Source: Candidatus Zixiibacteriota bacterium (GTDB lineage Bacteria; Zixibacteria; MSB-5A5; GN15; FEB-12). Taken from it: a DNA stretch of 64,000 nucleotides. Of this stretch, positions 45,145 to 55,240 are shown one piece after another. The stretch is from assembly GCA_020351995.1 (NCBI GenBank), contig CP070674.1:1064467-1128466 (forward strand), given 5' to 3'. Both the position numbers and the translations under genes were made by a program. Below the pieces are notes generated by a model. That model saw nothing but the letters and a program-made list of their open reading frames with translations. It did not search any database and was not told the DNA's origin. Numbering within the stretch: the first letter of the stretch is position 1; each line of letters begins with the position of its first letter.

Positions 45145-46644
45145 ATGAGTATGAAGTTGAAGTACTCGGCAGGCCACGTTAGCGAATTTCGGGGGGGAAG
45201 CGTGGTGTTCTTCGTCGCACAGTATGACAGAATTACCGACAGGCAGTTGAAGGAACTCGACGAAGTCTCCCTCGGTGCCATAACAACTCTTCTGGAATCA
45301 GGTGAGTTCACGGGCAAGATGGGCGAGGTGGCTACCATCTATCGGCCCGGCGGTTATCAGGCGGACCGCATCATACTGGCTGGTCTGGGTGAGCGCAAAA
45401 GGCTGGATGCAGATAGCTATCGCAAGGCAGCCGGTACCGTCTCCGGTGTTAAAGGTCTGACACTGATCCCCAGGGCCGCCTTCTATCTGGGTAGGGCAGA
45501 GAAAGACGAATTCTTCCAGGCCGCTATCGAAGGCTACCTGTTGGGTTCTTTTAAGCTGCTTGAATTTAAGACCGGCGAGGGAGCCGTACGCAAGAACGTG
45601 CTTGATGAGATAACCTTCGTGGTTGGCAACAAGAGAATACTCAATCGCGTTCAGAAAGCAGTTGAACGGGGAAGAATCGCCGCCGAATGTCAGAACCTGG
45701 TCCGGGTTCTTGCGTCAACGCCGTCTAATTATCTCACTCCCAGATTACTGGCCGCGCAAGCTCAGAAACTTGCCAGAACCCACGGCTTCTCGTGCCGGGT
45801 ACTTGATGAAAAGGCCATTGCCCGGGAAAAGATGGGTGCTCTCATGTCCGTGGCCAGGGGGGCCACCGAACCACCTCGCTTCATTATTCTTGAGTACAGG
45901 GGAGCCGCCAAAGGTCGCAAGCCGATCGTACTCGTCGGCAAGGGTGTTACCTTTGACACCGGTGGCATATCGCTCAAACCAGGCACGGATATGCATTTTA
46001 TGAAAAGCGATATGACCGGCGCCGCTATCGTGCTCGGCACGGTTGTTGCCGCCGCCAGGCTGAAGCTTCGCCAGAACGTAGTGGGACTGATGCCCACCAC
46101 CGAAAACATGCCTTCGGGAACAGCCACCAAACCGGGTGACATTATCACGTCGCGTAAGGGACTGACAATCGAAGTCATTAATACCGATGCCGAGGGGCGC
46201 CTGATTCTCGCCGATGCCCTTGATTATGCCAGTGAGTTCAAACCGCAGGCTGTAATCGACATCGCCACTCTGACCGGAGCCGCCCTGGTGGTGCTTGGTT
46301 ACCACGGTGCTCCTATTATGGGTAATAATCCCAGGCTCATGAAGCGAGTCAAAGATGCCGCCGATGCTACCTCCGAAAAAGTCTGGGAACTGCCGATATG
46401 GGATGAGTATCGGGAAAACATGAAATCGAGTATCGCCGATTTGCATAATTCCTACGGACGCCCCGGTAGCACTATAACCGCCGCTGCTTTTCTGGAGAAC
46501 TTTATCGGCGATTATCCCTGGGCTCACGTCGACGTTGCTTCCGTTGACGTCGAGCGCGCCGGACGCCCCTATGTGCCGAAAGGGATGACTGGAGTCGGCC
46601 TTCGCCTTCTGGTAGATGTTCTCTACAATTGGAAAGCCCTGTAG
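45145..46644 (+). CDS. pepA: Leucyl aminopeptidase (M17)
   Basis: 499 aa. VGKGVTFDTGG and the signature NTDAEGRLILAD. The start may instead be the ATG at 45151. Confidence 0.92.
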   Translation: MSMKLKYSAGHVSEFRGGSVVFFVAQYDRITDRQLKELDEVSLGAITTLLESGEFTGKMGEVATIYRPGGYQADRIILAGLGERKRLDADSYRKAAGTVSGVKGLTLIPRAAFYLGRAEKDEFFQAAIEGYLLGSFKLLEFKTGEGAVRKNVLDEITFVVGNKRILNRVQKAVERGRIAAECQNLVRVLASTPSNYLTPRLLAAQAQKLARTHGFSCRVLDEKAIAREKMGALMSVARGATEPPRFIILEYRGAAKGRKPIVLVGKGVTFDTGGISLKPGTDMHFMKSDMTGAAIVLGTVVAAARLKLRQNVVGLMPTTENMPSGTATKPGDIITSRKGLTIEVINTDAEGRLILADALDYASEFKPQAVIDIATLTGAALVVLGYHGAPIMGNNPRLMKRVKDAADATSEKVWELPIWDEYRENMKSSIADLHNSYGRPGSTITAAAFLENFIGDYPWAHVDVASVDVERAGRPYVPKGMTGVGLRLLVDVLYNWKAL

Positions 46645-46664
46645 ACCTGCACAAAATGATGGCA

Positions 46665-46697
46665 TAAAGAAAGCCGCCGGCTAACGGCGGTTTTCTT
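46665..46697. terminator. Bidirectional terminator between pepA and the TolB-like gene
   Basis: Stem CCGCCG / CGGCGG extended by A:T pairs, with a 5-nt loop. A-rich upstream, TTTTCTT downstream. Confidence 0.6.
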
Positions 46698-46724
46698 GGT
46701 TGTGGGCCGTCCCTTGAACGGTGA

Positions 46725-47741
46725 TTATCTTGACCAGCACGGGGCCTGATCTTTGCCGGGCTGTGTCAGCCGCTTGAGTCCCGCGCCGGTGATATCGCAA
46801 ATCCAGATCGAACCGTCACTCATTGAAAAAGTCAGCCACTTTGAATCCGGTGAAAAAGACGGCGGATACTTGCTGATATGGCTTCTCGGGCCGGGTAACG
46901 CCACGATGTATCTTTTCCCGAGGTCCCCGGTAGCGATATACAGACCGCTATCATCGGGATAGTTGCCTACCATGGCCAGCCACTGATCATCAGGCGACCA
47001 CGAAGGGGCAAGGACTCCTTGATTCTGCTCAGCGATCAACTTTATCGAGTCCAGTTCTATGCCAATTCGGTCCAGAGGAAGAACGACCAGGCCGGCGGGG
47101 GAGAGCTCATCGAAAAACACGAAAGCGATTCCGTCGCGGCTGTTTCTCGATGGCGTTACCAGGAACAGTTCCTCATCCGACTGCCAGTTCTGTCTCAGGG
47201 GAGCCGAGGTTCCGGAAACGGCGTCGGCAACACAGAGCTGATAATTAGCCCCGTGGGCGTTGACCCGGTTGGCGTTCATATCTTTCCAGAACAGAATCGT
47301 CTCGCCGTCATGGCTCCATTCGGGCCCCCGGGCGCCCAGGCTATCGGTGAGCCGGGTCCAGTACTTCAGGTTCCCTGCCTCGGCTGAATCAAGATAGCAG
47401 ATGAACAGGTCGTAGACCTTGTGCCTCGCTCCCGCCAGATCCGGGTCCTTCAGGTCTACGGACCCCGAACGCGTGAAAACAATCCGTTTGTTATCCGGAG
47501 ACCAACTCAAACGCCCATCAGCGTTGGATACTTGGCACACCATATTCTGGCTGGTTCCATCGGCGTCCATCACCCAGATATTACCGTTGCGAACAAAGGC
47601 GATTTTTCCGGCAGGTGGCTTGATCTGACCGGCCGAATCGGCTGGAAGTTTTTCTATGGCGGCCGCGGGAAGAGTTCCAACTGTCAGTAACCCCACTAGC
47701 AGAAGGAGATTACGTAGATGCAAAAAACCAAACAACTTCAC
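46725..47741 (-). CDS. Secreted PD40/TolB-like beta-propeller repeat protein
   Basis: 338 aa with a signal peptide. Repeated W(S)PDG/D motifs (LSWSPDNKRIVF, PSWSPDDQWLA, PSFSPDSKWLTF). Confidence 0.75.
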   Translation of the reverse strand: MKLFGFLHLRNLLLLVGLLTVGTLPAAAIEKLPADSAGQIKPPAGKIAFVRNGNIWVMDADGTSQNMVCQVSNADGRLSWSPDNKRIVFTRSGSVDLKDPDLAGARHKVYDLFICYLDSAEAGNLKYWTRLTDSLGARGPEWSHDGETILFWKDMNANRVNAHGANYQLCVADAVSGTSAPLRQNWQSDEELFLVTPSRNSRDGIAFVFFDELSPAGLVVLPLDRIGIELDSIKLIAEQNQGVLAPSWSPDDQWLAMVGNYPDDSGLYIATGDLGKRYIVALPGPRSHISKYPPSFSPDSKWLTFSMSDGSIWICDITGAGLKRLTQPGKDQAPCWSR

Positions 47742-47822
47742 TTCTTGTGCTCCGTTTTGGTGACTTACGGTTCACAAAAAAAGAAGTTGTTTGGTTCGAG
47801 TCAACAATTAGTTCTCGGCCGT

Positions 47823-48665
47823 TTACCAGCTGACGAAATGCTTGATCTCGATCTTCCCTCTGAATCCAGATAGCCCCAGATTTACCCGGCCATCGGAAGT
47901 ACCCGTATAAGTGGCGATTATCTCCTCGTCGTCTTCGTTATACCATGCCACATTGTCAAAATTGAGGTACTGGTAACTGAAGTCTACACCAAGGACAAAA
48001 TCAAAAATGCCCGTAGGATAATCAACACCGATAAGGGCTGAGAAAGATACAGCCTGGTCCTCAAAACTGGCCGTGGATACATCGGGGCTGTTGGTGGATA
48101 GATTGAGATTCTGGTATTCGTCCCAGACTTCCCACTTTGCCTTGTAGAAGCCGACATTCGCACCACCACGAAGAGCTAATTTGTCGAATTCCCCTTTCGC
48201 GCTCGGCGGATTCCAGAAGTAATATTGCAGTCCCGTTGAGGCGCCGTAAACCGTGACCTCACTGGTGGGGTTTTCAACATAAGTACCGGTCGGTACGTAA
48301 AAATATGTGCCTTCCAGAGACTGGCCGATCTTCAGCCAGTATTCGAGGCTTATGTTCCAGGCAAAACGGCGGTGGAACACCAGGCCCATATCCAGACCGA
48401 AAATCTTGGCCTCACCCAGCCAGGAAAGAGTGGCATCTGTGAAATTGGTCGTCTCAAAACTGGCGAACTTGTTGTAGTCGTTATCCCGGTTGATACGATT
48501 CAGCGAAAAATAACCTGAGAGCCAACCCAGTTTCTGCGCGTGTTTCTTCTCTATTTTGCCGAAATACTTCTTGACGAATTCCTCTTCCGAGTCACTACCG
48601 CACACAGCCGTTGAGGCCAGCAGGAATGTCAAGGCAGCCACCAGCAATAATGTTCTCGAACGCAT
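47823..48665 (-). CDS. Hypothetical outer-membrane beta-barrel protein
   Basis: 280 aa with a signal peptide, alternating amphipathic beta-strand pattern and an aromatic C-terminus (...HFVSW). Confidence 0.6.
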   Translation of the reverse strand: MRSRTLLLVAALTFLLASTAVCGSDSEEEFVKKYFGKIEKKHAQKLGWLSGYFSLNRINRDNDYNKFASFETTNFTDATLSWLGEAKIFGLDMGLVFHRRFAWNISLEYWLKIGQSLEGTYFYVPTGTYVENPTSEVTVYGASTGLQYYFWNPPSAKGEFDKLALRGGANVGFYKAKWEVWDEYQNLNLSTNSPDVSTASFEDQAVSFSALIGVDYPTGIFDFVLGVDFSYQYLNFDNVAWYNEDDEEIIATYTGTSDGRVNLGLSGFRGKIEIKHFVSW

Positions 48666-48752
48666 GTCTCCTCCTGTGGTTTTATTTATATACGCCTTTT
48701 AGGAGATTATCGGAAACATGCCGGTTTTCTTGACGGTGCCGGTCCCCAAATT

Positions 48753-48781
48753 CAAAGAGAAAAGGCGGGCTGGCGCCCGCC
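48753..48781 (-). terminator. Rho-independent terminator of the PFOR gene
   Basis: Stem GGCGGGC / GCCCGCC with a 4-nt loop. On the minus strand it is followed by TTTTCTCTTTG. Confidence 0.7.
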
Positions 48782-48816
48782 TAACACTCTATATATCAAC
48801 GAGTTACCTGTTTGCG

Positions 48817-51800
48817 TTAGCTTTTTGAATAATCAAGCTGCGCCAACTGGGAATACAGTTTCCAGCGACGGTCGCAGTCGCGCTGACCCAACTCCAGGAG
48901 CATCTTGGCCCGCTCGGGATTCTGTGCCTTTAGAGTGCGGAAACGAATCTCCGAGTAAGCATATTCCTCAAAAGAAATCGATGGGGCTTTGCAGTCAAGC
49001 TGAAGAGGATTTTTCCCCTCATCGATCAACTCGGGATTATACCGGTACAGCAGCCAGTGCCCGGATTTGACCGCCTTGTCTTCGCTGGTCATCCCGTGCG
49101 CCATGTCGATTCCGTGCGCGATACAATGACTGTAGCAAATGATTATCGACGGGCCGTTATACTTCTCGGCTTCGACCATCGCCTTAACAGCCTGGTTGTA
49201 GCTGGCGCCGAGAGCGATTTGCGCCACATAAACAGAACCGTACGCCATCATCATCAACCCCAGGTCTTTCTTGGCTAAGGGCTTGCCCGCCGCCGCGAAT
49301 TTCGCCGTCGATGCCCGTGGCGTGGCCTTAGACATCTGGCCGCCGGTGTTGGAATATACCTCGGTGTCAAGCACCAGCAGGTTTACATTACGGCCGCTGG
49401 CCATGACATGATCCAATCCACCAAAACCGATATCGTACGCCCAGCCGTCGCCGCCGATTCCCCAGACCGATTTCTTGACCAGAAAACTGGCAACATTCTT
49501 CAGGGCAAGTACCTTCTCACCGCCGTTGAGGCTTTCGAGCTTGACCATCAAAGCCTTTACTCGCTGACGCTGTTGCTCAACTCCCTCCTGATTGAATTGA
49601 TCGGCTCCGGCCAGATCATCATACATCTCGGGGACAAGCTCATTCACCAGCTGGAGAGCGTACGAGGCCAGCTTATCAACCGTCAGGCGCATTCCGAGGG
49701 CGAACTCGGCGTTGTCCTCGAAAAGCGAGTTTGACCAGGCCGGCCCAAGACCGTCAGCACGTCTGCAGTAAGGTGTGGTAGGCAGGTTACCACCATAAAT
49801 CGAACTGCACCCGGTGGCGTTGCCGCAGAGAGCCCGGTCTCCGAACAACTGTGTCATGAGTTTCAAATACGGCGTTTCACCACAACCGGCACAGGCGCCG
49901 GAGAACTCAAAAAGAGGTCTCACGAACTGTGAACCCTTGACCGTCTCGATGTTGAACAGGGCCGGGTCGGGCTCGGGAAGTTCGTTTATAAAGAAATCCC
50001 AATTCTTGACTTCCCGCTCTCGAATAGGTGCCTGGAGAGTCATATTGATGGCCCGGCGTTCAGTCTTATTACCCTGCTCGTCCTTGGCGAATGCCGGGCA
50101 GGCATTAACACACAGCACGCAACCCGTGCAGTCTTCCGGCGCTACCTGAAGACTGTAGTAGAGCCCTTCGAACTGCTTGGTTCTGGCCTCGGTGTACAGG
50201 AAGTCTTTAGGAGCCTTCTCCAGATACTTCTTGTCATAAACCTTCGGTCGGATGGCCGCGTGCGGACAAACAATCGAACAGATATTACACTGAATACAGG
50301 TTTCCTTGTCCCATACAGGGATATCAACCGCGATATTGCGCTTTTCATACTGCGTGGTCGCGGTCGGATATGTACCGTCAACCGGGAAGGCCGATACCGG
50401 AAGATCATCGCCGCGGCCGGCAATAATTTCAGCCGTTACGGTCTTGACGAACTCCGGCGAGTGTTCGGGTACTATCGGCGGGCGATGAATCTTGCTGGTC
50501 ACCTTCTGCGGATAATCCACCTCTTTGACCACCCGGGCAGCCCCGTCCACGGCGGCGTGATTCATATTGACGATCTTTTCCCCTTTGGTCCCGTACGTTT
50601 TCACAATCGAGTCTTTGATCGCCCCAATGGCATCGTCCTTAGGAAGAATACCTGAGATGAGGAAGAAGGCCGTCTGCATGATCATGTTGATGCGCGCGCC
50701 CAGACCGAGTTCCTTCGCCAGGGCGATCGCATCGATCACATAGAACTTCGCTTTTCTGTCAATAATCTGCTGCTGAACCTCGATCGGCATTCTATCCCAG
50801 ATCTCGTCCGGGCCATAAGGCGAGTTAAGCAGGAACGTCCCACCCTCGACCAGTTTATCGACCATGTCATACTTCTCTAGGAACGAGAAATTGTGGCATG
50901 CGACAAACTGACTCCGCGTTATCAGATACGGCTTGCGAATAAGTTCTTTGCCGAATCGAACGTGTGACACCGTCACTGCCCCCGCTTTCTTGGAGTCGTA
51001 CACGAAGTAGCCTTGAGCGTAATTGTCGGTATTCTCACCGATGATTTTAATCGAATTCTTGTTGGCCCCTACCGTACCGTCCGCGCCCAGGCCGTAAAAC
51101 AACCCGCGGAAATTCTCACCTTCGATGTCGAAACTGAGGTCCGGATCGAGGGATTTCATCGTCACATCGTCTTTGATACCGACCGTAAAGTGGTCTGTCG
51201 GCTCCTGGTTCTTGAGATTGTCAAAAACCGCCTTGACCATCGGCGGGTTGAATTCCTTGGAACCTAAACCGTAACGTCCACCGACAACCAGCGGACGCTT
51301 GTCGAAAGTCGCCAGACCCTTGTCGAGCGCCTCGTTAAGGGCCGCCTGTACGTCGGTGTACAGCGGCTCGCCGACCGCGCCCGGCTCCTTGGTCCGGTCA
51401 AGAACAGCTATTCTCTTGACCGTCGGCGGTAATGCCCTGGCAAACGCTTCCGCCGAGAAAGGCCGGTAAAGCCGTACCTTTATAAGGCCCACCTTGACAC
51501 CCTGGCTCACCAGGTTGTCGACGGTCTCGTGAACGACTTCGGCACCGGTTCCCATAATGACTGCCACGTGCTCAGCCTGCGGATGCCCGACATAATCAAA
51601 CAGGTGATACGAGCGGCCCACGATCTTGGCGAACCGGTCCATGTAACTCTGAACGTGCGACGGCGCGGCGTCATAGAACTTGTTCACGGTCTCGCGAGAC
51701 TGGAAAAATACGTCCGGGTTCTGCGACGTTCCCTTCAGGGTCGGGAAATCGGGGGAGAGGGCGCGCCGACGATGCGCGGTAACGAGATCCTCATCGATCA

Positions 51801-52437
51801 TCTCCCGCATGTCGTCGAAAGATACTTCCTCCACCTTCTGTACTTCATGCGATGTCCTGAAACCATCGAAGAAATGAACAAACGGCACGCGGCTGGCTAA
51901 TGAAGCTGCCTGCGCGATGATAGCCAGGTCCATCACCTCCTGCACCGAGCCGGAAGCGATAAGCCCGAAACCGGTTGACCGGGTCGCCATGACGTCGGAG
52001 TGATCCCCGAATATGGACAGAGCATGGGATGCCACCGCCCGGGCGGAAACGTGAAAGACCGTCGGCGTTAACTCGCCGGCAATCTTAAACATGTTTGGAA
52101 TCATTAAGAGCAAACCCTGTGAGGCGGTGAATGTGGTCGTCAGGGCCCCACTGGTTAACGCGCCGTGAACAGCGCCCGAGGCTCCACCTTCCGACTGCAT
52201 TTCGATCACGTCCGGAATTGAGCCCCAGATATTAGTTTCACCACGGGCCGATTTCTCATCAGCGATCTCACCCATGTTGGACGACGGAGTGATAGGATAT
52301 ATCGCTATCACTTCATTCGTGGCGTGGGCCGCGTACGCTGCGGCTGTGTTTCCGTCGATAGTTACCATCGGGCGTTCCCGCCTGGTTTTATCGGCAGCCT
52401 TTGACTTTTTATTTTTTACGGCTTCTTCTGACATCAT
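48817..52437 (-). CDS. nifJ: Pyruvate:ferredoxin (flavodoxin) oxidoreductase
   Basis: 1206 aa single-polypeptide PFOR. Two 4Fe-4S ferredoxin motifs (CIQCNICSIVCP, CTGCVLCVNACP) and C-terminal TPP-binding GGDGWAYDIG. Confidence 0.95.
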   Translation of the reverse strand: MMSEEAVKNKKSKAADKTRRERPMVTIDGNTAAAYAAHATNEVIAIYPITPSSNMGEIADEKSARGETNIWGSIPDVIEMQSEGGASGAVHGALTSGALTTTFTASQGLLLMIPNMFKIAGELTPTVFHVSARAVASHALSIFGDHSDVMATRSTGFGLIASGSVQEVMDLAIIAQAASLASRVPFVHFFDGFRTSHEVQKVEEVSFDDMREMIDEDLVTAHRRRALSPDFPTLKGTSQNPDVFFQSRETVNKFYDAAPSHVQSYMDRFAKIVGRSYHLFDYVGHPQAEHVAVIMGTGAEVVHETVDNLVSQGVKVGLIKVRLYRPFSAEAFARALPPTVKRIAVLDRTKEPGAVGEPLYTDVQAALNEALDKGLATFDKRPLVVGGRYGLGSKEFNPPMVKAVFDNLKNQEPTDHFTVGIKDDVTMKSLDPDLSFDIEGENFRGLFYGLGADGTVGANKNSIKIIGENTDNYAQGYFVYDSKKAGAVTVSHVRFGKELIRKPYLITRSQFVACHNFSFLEKYDMVDKLVEGGTFLLNSPYGPDEIWDRMPIEVQQQIIDRKAKFYVIDAIALAKELGLGARINMIMQTAFFLISGILPKDDAIGAIKDSIVKTYGTKGEKIVNMNHAAVDGAARVVKEVDYPQKVTSKIHRPPIVPEHSPEFVKTVTAEIIAGRGDDLPVSAFPVDGTYPTATTQYEKRNIAVDIPVWDKETCIQCNICSIVCPHAAIRPKVYDKKYLEKAPKDFLYTEARTKQFEGLYYSLQVAPEDCTGCVLCVNACPAFAKDEQGNKTERRAINMTLQAPIREREVKNWDFFINELPEPDPALFNIETVKGSQFVRPLFEFSGACAGCGETPYLKLMTQLFGDRALCGNATGCSSIYGGNLPTTPYCRRADGLGPAWSNSLFEDNAEFALGMRLTVDKLASYALQLVNELVPEMYDDLAGADQFNQEGVEQQRQRVKALMVKLESLNGGEKVLALKNVASFLVKKSVWGIGGDGWAYDIGFGGLDHVMASGRNVNLLVLDTEVYSNTGGQMSKATPRASTAKFAAAGKPLAKKDLGLMMMAYGSVYVAQIALGASYNQAVKAMVEAEKYNGPSIIICYSHCIAHGIDMAHGMTSEDKAVKSGHWLLYRYNPELIDEGKNPLQLDCKAPSISFEEYAYSEIRFRTLKAQNPERAKMLLELGQRDCDRRWKLYSQLAQLDYSKS

Positions 52438-52496
52438 CAGCTCCTGAGTTATTCAATCGGGAATTACGCGACTGCTGGAATAATACTTCGAAGGAG

Positions 52497-53051
52497 TCAG
52501 TCCGATTTGGACGTTGTAATTCCCTGTTGTGCTTGATACTTACCTTTCTTATCTGCATAAGACTCTGTGCATAGCTCGGCCGCCTCCAGAAAAATAAGCT
52601 GGGCTATACCCTCGTTGGCATACACCCTCACCGGCACCGGGGCGGTATTCGATATCGATATGGTGGCAAAACCCTCCCATTCCGGCTCAAACGGCGTGAC
52701 ATTGATAACAATCCCACAACGGGCATAAGTTGACTTGCCCATACAGACAGTTATTACGTCGCGGGGAATCTTGAAATACTCGCGCGTCCTTCCGAGAATG
52801 AATGAATTTGCCGGAACCAGGATGGATTCAGCCTTGGTGTCAATGAACTGATCGACAGGTGGGTTCTTGGGGTCAAGCTCGGTCAGGCCGGCGGATTTGA
52901 GGATCTTGAACTCATCAGCTAAACTGATATCATACCCGTACGAGGATACTCCGTAGCTGATTCCGAGTCGAACTTGACTCTCCGAGAATGGCTTGATCAT
53001 CTCGTGTTTGAGCGCCATCTCGACAATCCAGCGATCCGATTTTGCCGGCAT
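52497..53051 (-). CDS. dcd: dCTP deaminase
   Basis: 184 aa with a typical N-terminus (...SDRWI...) and dUTPase-like fold motifs (GYDI.L, the ...GFxGxxTLE-like [12 protein letters not shown]). Confidence 0.85.
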   Translation of the reverse strand: MPAKSDRWIVEMALKHEMIKPFSESQVRLGISYGVSSYGYDISLADEFKILKSAGLTELDPKNPPVDQFIDTKAESILVPANSFILGRTREYFKIPRDVITVCMGKSTYARCGIVINVTPFEPEWEGFATISISNTAPVPVRVYANEGIAQLIFLEAAELCTESYADKKGKYQAQQGITTSKSD

Positions 53052-53152
53052 AATTTATCCTGTTTCTCCTCAGTTCAAATGGAACAGGAAGATAAGAGTT
53101 TTAGGATAGGTTGTAAACCGGAATAACAGGAAAAATGCCAGATTTTCTCGGT

Positions 53153-53578
53153 CTATTGCGCCACGCTTTTTTTGGCTTGCCAGCGTGCGATGTCTGCCAG
53201 AGTGTGCTCGGCAAAAACTGAAATTAGCTTGTTTTCCGCGACCACTAACAGTTCTCGCAAGGCGCAAAATTCGGACTTGCCGCAGAGAACCGGTTCAGGG
53301 ATACATTTCAGAAGATGATATGGTCCCTGAATTGACTCGAGGATCTCTTTAATAGTTATTTCCTCAGGCTTCTTACCCAGAGTAAAGCCACCCCGTACAC
53401 CCCGATGTGATCGAACCAAACCGGATCTTGAAAGAGACTGAAATATCTTTGCCAGGAATTTTTCCGGGATTTCCTGAGCCTGGGAAATCTCCGAAAGCGG
53501 AGTTATGATGTTCTGGTCTTTATCCGCAAGATATAAAATACCAAGTAGCCCGTACTCCTCAGCCTTCGTAAATTGCAC
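53153..53578 (-). CDS. Rrf2 family transcriptional regulator
   Basis: 141 aa with a GTG start after the SD GAAGGAGGG. wHTH segment EISQAQEIPEKFLAKIFQSLSRSGLVRSHRGVRGGF. Three C-terminal Cys (CIPEPVLCGKSEFC) suggest a possible Fe-S ligand set. Confidence 0.85.
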   Translation of the reverse strand: MQFTKAEEYGLLGILYLADKDQNIITPLSEISQAQEIPEKFLAKIFQSLSRSGLVRSHRGVRGGFTLGKKPEEITIKEILESIQGPYHLLKCIPEPVLCGKSEFCALRELLVVAENKLISVFAEHTLADIARWQAKKSVAQ

Positions 53579-53645
53579 CGCACCCTCCTTCGTAAAGAGC
53601 TTCGCTTTACATTAAGTTAATCTTAATCAATTATATCTTTATTAT

Positions 53646-53674
53646 AATATATTTCCCCGGGCCGTCGTTGTCAA
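53646..53674 (-). promoter_or_regulatory. Consensus promoter of the Rrf2 gene
   Basis: On the minus strand: TTGACA (53669-53674), 17-nt spacer, TATATT (53646-53651). The palindrome ATCAAATTTGAT (53674-53685) abuts the -35. The inverted repeat ATTAAG-N5-CTTAAT (53611-53627) lies in the 5'UTR. Confidence 0.6.
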
Positions 53675-53806
53675 TCAAATTTGATACTTTTTGTTCTAAT
53701 TAGCCCTGAGGGTCCTGTGGGCGATGTCGGGGAACCATTTAGCCGATTGCGTTTTCTATACTTTTGAAGTAACTTGCCCGCAAAGAGGCACTCACAAGGA
53801 GGCAAA

Positions 53807-54355
53807 GTGGCAGAAGAAAAGGCCAAAACTAAAGGTCTGTTAGTAGTTTACACGGGCGACGGTAAGGGTAAAACCACCGCTGCGCTCGGCATGTGCGTCC
53901 GGGCGCTGGGATACAACTGGAAAATATGCATTATACAGTTTATCAAGGGTAGTTGGAAATATGGCGAGCTCAAAGGTATCAAACGACTGGCTCCAGATGT
54001 CGAGCTTCACACCGTCGGAGAGGGCTTCGTGGGCATCATTGATGACGACAAATCTTTCGAAGAACACCGCGCCGCCGCCAGAAAGGGAGTCCAACTGGCT
54101 CTGGACAAAATCAAGTCAAACCAGTACCGGTTGGTGATCCTTGACGAGCTAAACGTTGCCATGGATCTGGGTCTGGTGACCGAGGAAGAAGCTGATGAAA
54201 TTCTGGCAGCGCGAACTGATAAACAACACCTCGTTATTACCGGTCGCAACGCCTCCGAATCCATCCTCGAGAAAGCCGATCTGATCACGGAGATGCGCGA
54301 AGTCAGGCATCCCTATCAACAGGGGATTCTCGCCCAGAAAGGTATCGACTGGTGA
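53807..54355 (+). CDS. cobO: Cob(I)yrinic acid a,c-diamide (corrinoid) adenosyltransferase
   Basis: P-loop GDGKGKTTAALG and CobA/CobO/BtuR-like length. I prefer the GTG at 53807, directly after the SD AAGGAGG, over the tracked TTG at 53774. Confidence 0.85.
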   Translation: MAEEKAKTKGLLVVYTGDGKGKTTAALGMCVRALGYNWKICIIQFIKGSWKYGELKGIKRLAPDVELHTVGEGFVGIIDDDKSFEEHRAAARKGVQLALDKIKSNQYRLVILDELNVAMDLGLVTEEEADEILAARTDKQHLVITGRNASESILEKADLITEMREVRHPYQQGILAQKGIDW

Positions 54356-55236
54356 AGGTCGCCGTCACCGGTGGAACGGGCTTCGTGGGCCGGAACCTCG
54401 TGAATCGTCTGGTGGCCGAAGATCATCAGGTAACCGTTCTGACACACTCAGACACCGGTGAGGGGCTATTCGCCGGCCCGGTACGGACTGTTGCCGGTTC
54501 GGTGGATGACGCCCTGTCCCTTGAGGCAGCCTTCGGGGGCGCCGATGTCGTGTACCACCTGGTGGGCATTATCGCCGAAACAAAACATAAGACATTTGAG
54601 AGAACCGTTGTCGTCGGCACAACCAACGTGGTCGAGGCCTGCCGGCGGGCCGGTATTGAAAAATTGCTTTACCTTTCCGCTATGGGAACCTCGCATAACG
54701 CCCGCACCGAATATCACCGAACGAAGTATCTCGCCGAACAGGCAGTGATAAAATCGGGTATGGAGTACGTCATTTATCGCCCCTCCGTAATCTACGGCCT
54801 CGATGACGGTTTCGTCTCATTGCTCGTGCGCCTGATTACGAAATCTCCAATCACACCGGTTATTGGCAATGGTCATTATAGATTGCAGCCGGTGTATATC
54901 GACGATGTGGTGTCGGCGATGGTGCAGGCCCTCACTGTTCAACAGGCGAATGAGAGGATTATTGAAATCGGCGGTCCGGAAAAACTTGAATATTTGGAAA
55001 TTCTGCATATAATCAAAAGGGTTCTTGGTAAAAAGAGAGTGAACTTTCACATTCCCATGTGGGTTATGAGAGCGGTGGCCTCAGTGATGGAGAAACTTAT
55101 GAAGCCGGCGCCGATCACCCGCGATCAACTTAAGATGATGGCTACGGGTAACACCGGTGACATAACCTTGATGAAGCAGCTCTTCGCGATAGACCCTGTT
55201 CCGTTTGAAAAAGGTCTGAGAAAATACTTGAGGTAA
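54352..55236 (+). CDS. NAD(P)-binding atypical SDR (NDUFA9/NmrA-like)
   Basis: 294 aa with the Rossmann motif VTGGTGFVGRNLV. Its GTG start overlaps the cobO stop (GTGA). Confidence 0.75.
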   Translation: MKVAVTGGTGFVGRNLVNRLVAEDHQVTVLTHSDTGEGLFAGPVRTVAGSVDDALSLEAAFGGADVVYHLVGIIAETKHKTFERTVVVGTTNVVEACRRAGIEKLLYLSAMGTSHNARTEYHRTKYLAEQAVIKSGMEYVIYRPSVIYGLDDGFVSLLVRLITKSPITPVIGNGHYRLQPVYIDDVVSAMVQALTVQQANERIIEIGGPEKLEYLEILHIIKRVLGKKRVNFHIPMWVMRAVASVMEKLMKPAPITRDQLKMMATGNTGDITLMKQLFAIDPVPFEKGLRKYLR

Positions 55237-55240
55237 GAAG

